40,000 nucleotides of DNA from Aromatoleum sp. (lineage in GTDB: Bacteria; Pseudomonadota; Gammaproteobacteria; Burkholderiales; Rhodocyclaceae): NCBI RefSeq assembly GCF_035254505.1, contig NZ_DATFAO010000091.1:2538-42537 (forward strand), written 5' to 3'. A program made the translations under genes and the position numbers. Below the pieces are notes generated by a model. That model saw only the letters and a program-made list of their open reading frames with translations, was not told where the DNA came from and did not search any database. Positions within the stretch are counted from its first letter, which is position 1; each line of letters starts with the position of its first letter. Shown one piece after another: positions 34,696-40,000 of this stretch.

Positions 34696-35512
34696 AACCC
34701 GAGTAATTACGGCCTTTGTCCTGCTGGGCGGTCTGTTGTCCGCCGTCTTCTTTCTTCCGCCGGCTGGATGGCTCATCCTGGTCGCATTGATCTGTGCTGG
34801 AGCCAGCTGGGAATGGGGCGGACTTGCACGGTTTTCGCGTCCTCAGCGGATGACATTTGCCGTGTTGATGGCAGGCGCATGTCTGCTGGTCGGGGGCGCA
34901 AGCGGTCTTGCAGAGGATTTGCAGGAGGCACCGCTTCCGGTTGCGGGTTTCTATCTCGCGGGCGCACTGTTTTGGCTTTGCGCCGTCCCGTTCTGGCTTA
35001 AGCGAAAGTGGCACCTCGGTAGCATTCCTGGTGCCGTGTCGGTAGGGGCAGTCGTGCTGCTGCCGCCCGCGCTGGCGATGGCACACCTGCGGCTGGTAGA
35101 CCCGTGGCTTCTTCTTGGCGCGATCGCAGCGGTGTCTGTCGCGGATATCTCGGCCTATTTCACCGGCAGAGCGCTTGGGCGGCACAAGCTGGCGCCGAAC
35201 ATCAGTCCTGGGAAAACGTGGGAAGGGGCTGCCGGTGCGGTTGCGGGAGTGTGTCTGTTCGGTCTGATTATTGCGACGACCAGCAAGGTAGAGGCCATTC
35301 GCGCCATCTCCTTGCCTCTCCTGTTTCCGCTGTTGATTGCCTACACGGCCGTCAGTATCCAGGGGGATCTGTTCGAGTCGCTGCTCAAGCGCCAAGCGGG
35401 CTTGAAGGACAGCGGAACGATTCTTCCCGGGCACGGCGGGATTCTCGACCGAATCGACAGCCTCACATCCACGCTTCCGCTGGTCGGCCTCGCGGCTCTC
35501 TGGCTCGCATAG
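34688..35512 (+). CDS. cdsA: Phosphatidate cytidylyltransferase
   Basis: C-terminal signature [28 protein letters not shown]. Overlaps uppS by 8 nt. Confidence 0.92.
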   Translation: MLRTRVITAFVLLGGLLSAVFFLPPAGWLILVALICAGASWEWGGLARFSRPQRMTFAVLMAGACLLVGGASGLAEDLQEAPLPVAGFYLAGALFWLCAVPFWLKRKWHLGSIPGAVSVGAVVLLPPALAMAHLRLVDPWLLLGAIAAVSVADISAYFTGRALGRHKLAPNISPGKTWEGAAGAVAGVCLFGLIIATTSKVEAIRAISLPLLFPLLIAYTAVSIQGDLFESLLKRQAGLKDSGTILPGHGGILDRIDSLTSTLPLVGLAALWLA

Positions 35513-35518
35513 TCACAG

Positions 35519-36721
35519 ATGACCGAAACAAGAATTCAACGCGTAGCAGTGCTAGGCGCGACCGGCTCGATCGGGATGAGCACGCTCGATGTCATCGCGC
35601 GTCATCCGGACCGGTTTGAGGCTGTAGCACTTACCGCGCATGTCCAAGCCGAGCGAATGGCCGAACTGTGTGCCAAGTTCCGCCCTCGCTTTGCCGTGAT
35701 GGGTGACGCTGCGGGTGCTGCTCAGCTGCGCAAGATGCTGGCCGGCAGCGACGTATGTACGGAAGTATTGTTCGGGGCCGATGCGCTCGTTGATGTTGCC
35801 GCGCACGCGGAAGTTGATACGGTGATGGCCGCGATCGTCGGCGCGGCCGGATTGCCATCTGCCCTGGCAGCCGCGCGTGCCGGAAAGCGGGTTCTCCTTG
35901 CGAACAAGGAGGCGCTCGTCCTGTCCGGGCGGCTCTTCATGGATGCGATTTCGGAAAGCGGCGCCGAGCTGCTTCCCATCGATAGCGAGCACAACGCCGT
36001 CTTCCAGGCGATGCCCTCGAGCTACGCCCGCAATGCCGACGCCTGCGGGATCCAGCGCATACTGCTGACTGCATCGGGTGGTCCGTTTCGTGAGCGTTCG
36101 CTCGAAAGTCTCCAGGATGTCACGCCGGAAGAAGCCTGCGCTCATCCCAACTGGGTCATGGGGCGGAAGATATCGGTCGATTCCGCGACAATGATGAACA
36201 AAGGGCTCGAAGTCATCGAAGCCCATTGGCTGTTCGGCGTGCCCCCAGAGCGGATCGATGTCGTCGTGCATCCGCAGAGCGTCATCCATTCGATGGTGGA
36301 GTACGCGGACGGCTCAGTGCTGGCGCAGTTGGGAAATCCGGATATGCGTACGCCCATTGCGCATGCCATGGCTTACCCCGATCGCATCGAAGCAGGCGTG
36401 CGTTCGCTGGACTTGTTCGAGATCGCGCGTCTGACGTTCGAGCGTCCTGATGTTCGTCGTTTCCCATGTCTCGACCTCGCCTACCAGGCCCTACGGGCCG
36501 GGGGCGCTGCTCCGGCCGTGCTGAATGCTGCAAACGAGATCGCGGTAGCGGCCTTTCTTGAGCGACAGCTGCCATTTCAATGTATCGCCGATGTCATTGC
36601 GGCGACGATGGAACGCGCGCAAGGATTATCGGTCGATTCGCTGGAATCGATTCTCGCAACCGATGCCCGGGCGAGGGAGCTCGCCCGTGCGGAACTCGCG
36701 GCACGCCAAGTTCGCCGATGA
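35519..36721 (+). CDS. dxr: 1-deoxy-D-xylulose-5-phosphate reductoisomerase
   Basis: [15 protein letters not shown]...LANKE...DSEHNA...NKGLE.. Confidence 0.96.
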   Translation: MTETRIQRVAVLGATGSIGMSTLDVIARHPDRFEAVALTAHVQAERMAELCAKFRPRFAVMGDAAGAAQLRKMLAGSDVCTEVLFGADALVDVAAHAEVDTVMAAIVGAAGLPSALAAARAGKRVLLANKEALVLSGRLFMDAISESGAELLPIDSEHNAVFQAMPSSYARNADACGIQRILLTASGGPFRERSLESLQDVTPEEACAHPNWVMGRKISVDSATMMNKGLEVIEAHWLFGVPPERIDVVVHPQSVIHSMVEYADGSVLAQLGNPDMRTPIAHAMAYPDRIEAGVRSLDLFEIARLTFERPDVRRFPCLDLAYQALRAGGAAPAVLNAANEIAVAAFLERQLPFQCIADVIAATMERAQGLSVDSLESILATDARARELARAELAARQVRR

Positions 36722-38082
36722 ACCTGTTTGATTACCTGATCCCCTTCCTTCTGGCCTTAGGGCTGCTCATCCTCGTTCATGAGCTTGGGCACTATCTGAT
36801 CGCCAGATTGTGCGGTGTGAAGGTCTTGCGGTTTTCGATCGGTTTCGGCCGTCCGCTCGTCCGTTGGACGGCTGGCGCGGACAGTACGGAGTGGGCGCTT
36901 GCGGCATTTCCGCTGGGCGGCTACGTCAAGATGCTCGACGAGCGGGAGGGGGCGGTCGCTCCAGGCGAGCTTCATCGCGCCTTCAATCGCCAGCACGTGC
37001 TGCGCCGCTTCGCGATCGTCGCAGCGGGTCCTCTGGCCAACCTCCTGCTTGCGGTCGTTCTGTACTGGGGATTGTTCGTCGGTGGGACCCAGGAACTCAA
37101 ACCGCGGCTTGCGGCGGCGGAAGCGTCCACCATTGCCGCCCTGGCTGGCGTTCAAGAGGGCGACCTGGTGCTCGAGGTGGATGATGAGCCGGTCCGTAGC
37201 TGGCCCGAGTTGCGCTGGGCCCTGTTGCAACACGCACTCGACGCGCGGGAGGTGAAGCTGCGTGTGCGGACTCTCGCCGACGTCGAAACCGATCGACACA
37301 TTGACCTGTCCGGCACGCACATCGAGGACGGCGAGCGCGATGTCATTGCCGATCTCGGTTTGAAACTGTGGCGGCCGCCCATCGATCCGGTCATCGGCAA
37401 GGTGATCGACGGAGCTGCGGGTTCGCGGGCCGGTTTGCTCCCGGGGGACCGATTCGTGATGCTCGGCGGCAAGCCCGTCACCTCATGGGTGGAGGTGGTC
37501 GAGCGGGTGCGCGAACATGCCGGTACGTCGCTCCCGGCGGAGATTTTCCGGTTGGGCAAAGAGGTGTCGGTGACTTTGGTTCCCGATGTCGCTGAAGAGC
37601 AGGGGCGCCGTGTCGGAAAGATCGGGGTTGCGGTGGCGGAGCCCGCCGCGGGCGACGACTCGGTCTTCGTGATCGTCCACTATGGTCCAGCGGAAGGTTT
37701 GGGGAAGGCGCTGAAGCAGACGTGGGAAACGAGCACCTTGAGTCTCAAAATGATCGGCCGCATGCTGACAGGCGAAGTCTCGTGGCGAAATCTTTCCGGG
37801 CCCGTTACGATTGCCGACTATGCGGGTCAGTCTGCAAAGTTGGGCTTGGGCCATTATCTGAAGTTTATTGCGCTCATCAGCATCAGCCTTGGCGTGCTGA
37901 ACCTCCTGCCCATCCCAGTGCTGGATGGCGGGCATTTACTGTATTATGTGATAGAGATTATCAAGGGCGGCCCAATTCCGGAGCGGATCATGGAGGTCGG
38001 TCAACAGATCGGCTTGATCTTGCTCGCGATGCTCATGGCGTTCGCCTTCTACAACGACATAAATCGTCTCATTTCCGGCTAA
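36718..38082 (+). CDS. rseP: RIP zinc metalloprotease RseP
   Basis: HELGH motif ([11 protein letters not shown]), two PDZ-like regions, [16 protein letters not shown] overlap with dxr. The 500-aa ORF-track version is an upstream extension. Confidence 0.94.
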   Translation: MNLFDYLIPFLLALGLLILVHELGHYLIARLCGVKVLRFSIGFGRPLVRWTAGADSTEWALAAFPLGGYVKMLDEREGAVAPGELHRAFNRQHVLRRFAIVAAGPLANLLLAVVLYWGLFVGGTQELKPRLAAAEASTIAALAGVQEGDLVLEVDDEPVRSWPELRWALLQHALDAREVKLRVRTLADVETDRHIDLSGTHIEDGERDVIADLGLKLWRPPIDPVIGKVIDGAAGSRAGLLPGDRFVMLGGKPVTSWVEVVERVREHAGTSLPAEIFRLGKEVSVTLVPDVAEEQGRRVGKIGVAVAEPAAGDDSVFVIVHYGPAEGLGKALKQTWETSTLSLKMIGRMLTGEVSWRNLSGPVTIADYAGQSAKLGLGHYLKFIALISISLGVLNLLPIPVLDGGHLLYYVIEIIKGGPIPERIMEVGQQIGLILLAMLMAFAFYNDINRLISG

Positions 38083-38089
38083 ATCCTCG

Positions 38090-40000
38090 ATGAAACAGAA
38101 GCTCCTCTCCGGGCTTGTTATGGCCCTGTTTGCCGCCGCGCCGGCTTTCGCATTCGAGCCGTTCAAGGTCAAGGATATCCGCGTCGAAGGTCTTCAGCGC
38201 ACCGAGGCCGGCACCGTCTTCAATTATCTCCCGGTTCGCGTCGGGGAGACCTTCACGGAAACCCAGGCAGCGGACGCGATTCGCGGCTTGTTCGCCACCG
38301 GGTTTTTCAAGGACGTGCGGATCGAGGTCGAGAACGATGTGCTGGTCGTCATCGTCGATGAACGGCCGGCGATCGCACAGATCGACTTCGTCGGAGTGAA
38401 GGAGTTCGACAAGGATCAGCTAAAGAAGGGCCTCAAAGAGGTCGGTCTGGCTGAATCGCGCATCTTCGATCGCGCCTTGCTTGATCGCGCTGAGCAGGAA
38501 CTCAAACGCCAGTATCTGAGCCGTGGAAAATATGCAGCGGTGATTGAGACGACCGTTACGCCCCTAGAGCGAAACCGTGTCGGGATCAATTTCAAGGTCG
38601 ATGAAGGCGAAGTGGCCAAGATTCGCCAGATCAGCATCATCGGGAACAAGACGTTCAAGGAAAAGGAGCTTCTCGACCTGTTCCAATTAACGACTCCCGG
38701 CTGGCTGACCTGGTATACGAAGAATGATCAGTACTCGAGGCAGAAGCTGTCGGCGGACCTTGAGAATCTGCGCTCGTATTACCTGAATCGCGGTTACCTG
38801 GATTTCAATATCGATTCCACGCAGGTATCGATTACGCCCGACAAGAAGGACATTTACATCACCCTCAGCATCACGGAGGGAGAGCGTTACACCGTTTCGG
38901 CGGTGCGTTTTGCCGGTGACCTGGTACTTCCCGAAGAGGAATATCGTAAGCTTGTCACGATCCGGCCTGGTGAAATCTTCTCTCGCGAGCGGCTCACCGA
39001 GACCACCAAGGCGGTGGCGGATCGCCTCGGCAATGAAGGTTATGCCTTTGCGAACGTAAATGCCTCTCCTGAGGTGGACAAGGACAAGCGCGAAGTCGCC
39101 TTTACGATCTTCGTTGACCCGGGGCGTCGCGTATACGTGCGTCGGATCAATGTCGGAGGCAACACGAAGACGCGTGACGAAGTTGTCCGCCGTGAGATGC
39201 GGCAGATGGAAGGCGCCTGGTACGACGCCGAGCAGATCAACCGCTCGCGCACTCGGATCGACCGCCTGGGGTATTTCGAGGAAGTCAACGTTGAGACGCC
39301 GGCGGTGCCGGGAACGACAGACCAGGTCGACGTCAACTTCAATGTCAAGGAGCGCGCGACGGGCACGCTGTCGGTCGGTGCCGGCTTCTCCAGTTCCGAA
39401 AAGATCGTGCTGTCCGCCTCCGTGTCGCAGCAGAACCTGTTCGGTACGGGCAACTCCTTGACGCTGGGCCTCAATACCAGCAAATCGAGCCGTACGTATG
39501 CGCTGTCGTTCACGAATCCGTACTACACGGTCGACGGGGTGAGCCTCGGCTGGGATCTGTACCACCGCACCTATGATCCGTCCACGTCGCTGTCGGTCGG
39601 TCGCTACAAGACGGTCTCGACGGGGGCGGGTTTGCGTTTCGGCTTCCCGATCGGCGAGGATGACTCGATCAACTTCGGCCTCGCGGCAGACCGCACGGTC
39701 ATCTCGACCTTTACGGACAGCCCGCAGCAATATCTGAATTTCTGCGATCCGGCGAAGGACGATTTCAACTGCGATAACGTCACGAGCCTGGTCGCGAGCG
39801 CCGGCTGGTCGCGGGACAAGCGCGACAGCGTGATCTATCCGCGTTCCGGCAGCTATCAGAAGGTGCACGCCGAAGTGGCGGTGCCGCCGGGCGCCGTGCA
39901 GTACGGCAAGATCAGCTACCAGAACCAGCAGTGGTTCCCGATCGGCCGCGACTATGCGCTGATGCTGAACGCCGATGTGGGTTGGGCGAAGGGCTACGGC
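38090..40000 (+). CDS. bamA: Outer-membrane protein assembly factor BamA, N-terminal 637 codons (runs off the window)
   Basis: My translation gives MKQKLLSGLVMALFAAAPAFAFEPFKVKDIRVEGLQRTEAGTVFNYLPVRVGE..., with POTRA repeats followed by the start of the barrel. It is absent from the ORF track because no stop lies in the window. Confidence 0.95.
   Translation, partial: MKQKLLSGLVMALFAAAPAFAFEPFKVKDIRVEGLQRTEAGTVFNYLPVRVGETFTETQAADAIRGLFATGFFKDVRIEVENDVLVVIVDERPAIAQIDFVGVKEFDKDQLKKGLKEVGLAESRIFDRALLDRAEQELKRQYLSRGKYAAVIETTVTPLERNRVGINFKVDEGEVAKIRQISIIGNKTFKEKELLDLFQLTTPGWLTWYTKNDQYSRQKLSADLENLRSYYLNRGYLDFNIDSTQVSITPDKKDIYITLSITEGERYTVSAVRFAGDLVLPEEEYRKLVTIRPGEIFSRERLTETTKAVADRLGNEGYAFANVNASPEVDKDKREVAFTIFVDPGRRVYVRRINVGGNTKTRDEVVRREMRQMEGAWYDAEQINRSRTRIDRLGYFEEVNVETPAVPGTTDQVDVNFNVKERATGTLSVGAGFSSSEKIVLSASVSQQNLFGTGNSLTLGLNTSKSSRTYALSFTNPYYTVDGVSLGWDLYHRTYDPSTSLSVGRYKTVSTGAGLRFGFPIGEDDSINFGLAADRTVISTFTDSPQQYLNFCDPAKDDFNCDNVTSLVASAGWSRDKRDSVIYPRSGSYQKVHAEVAVPPGAVQYGKISYQNQQWFPIGRDYALMLNADVGWAKGYG

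Noticed and set aside
38687-39868. A 393-aa minus-strand ORF inside bamA.
   Set aside because: It is antisense to an unambiguous BamA translation (POTRA domains and barrel), and its sequence is Arg-rich with no motif.
1-40000. A search by eye for CRISPR arrays, rRNA, intact IS elements with terminal inverted repeats, reverse transcriptases or retron-like elements, and recognised multi-gene defence systems.
   Set aside because: No regularly spaced short repeats and no rRNA-like sequence were seen. The only transposase is a short internal fragment. No RT, nuclease-helicase, methyltransferase or cyclase-effector gene sets were found. The only defence- or addiction-like elements are vapBC and possibly the FRG protein.

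Overview
High-GC proteobacterial chromosome segment; the core gene order and protein sequences look betaproteobacterial, Azoarcus/Aromatoleum/Thauera-like, but that is inference only. It has three parts. (1) Left edge, 1-801: the 5' part of dksA on the minus strand, then a stable-RNA operon tRNA-Pro(UGG), tRNA-Arg(UCU), tRNA-His(GUG), tRNA-His(GUG). (2) 802-24749: a genomic island of about 24 kb inserted in the second tRNA-His. It is bracketed by an exact 45-bp direct repeat of the tRNA-His 3' half (757-801 and 24750-24794). From left to right the island holds a degenerate tyrosine integrase, a 1.5-kb mosaic of gene fragments (IS3 transposase, YbaL/Kef-type antiporter, NodT-type outer-membrane factor) and a divergent gamma-carbonic-anhydrase-like/cupin pair. 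Next is a roughly 15-kb co-directional, partly translationally coupled array running 4855-20078. It encodes an outer-membrane channel, a NitT/TauT-type ABC importer, two SDRs, an alpha/beta hydrolase, an IclR regulator, a ThDP enzyme, a NadX-like dehydrogenase and an aldehyde dehydrogenase. It continues with an extradiol-type VOC protein, a 76-aa protein, a Rieske oxygenase, a VanB-type reductase and finally an FRG-domain protein. The island's right arm has lower GC and is patchy: a small conserved hypothetical gene, a LysR/MFS deletion scar, a GAF-GGDEF(degenerate)-EAL protein and vapBC. (3) 24795-40000: ordinary conserved core. It holds a DUF59 protein, a polytopic membrane protein, yqhA, glnD, map, rpsB, tsf, pyrH, frr, uppS, cdsA, dxr, rseP and the 5' part of bamA. 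The best candidate for an undescribed system is the island-borne catabolic array with no assignable substrate. No CRISPR array, rRNA or intact IS element was seen.
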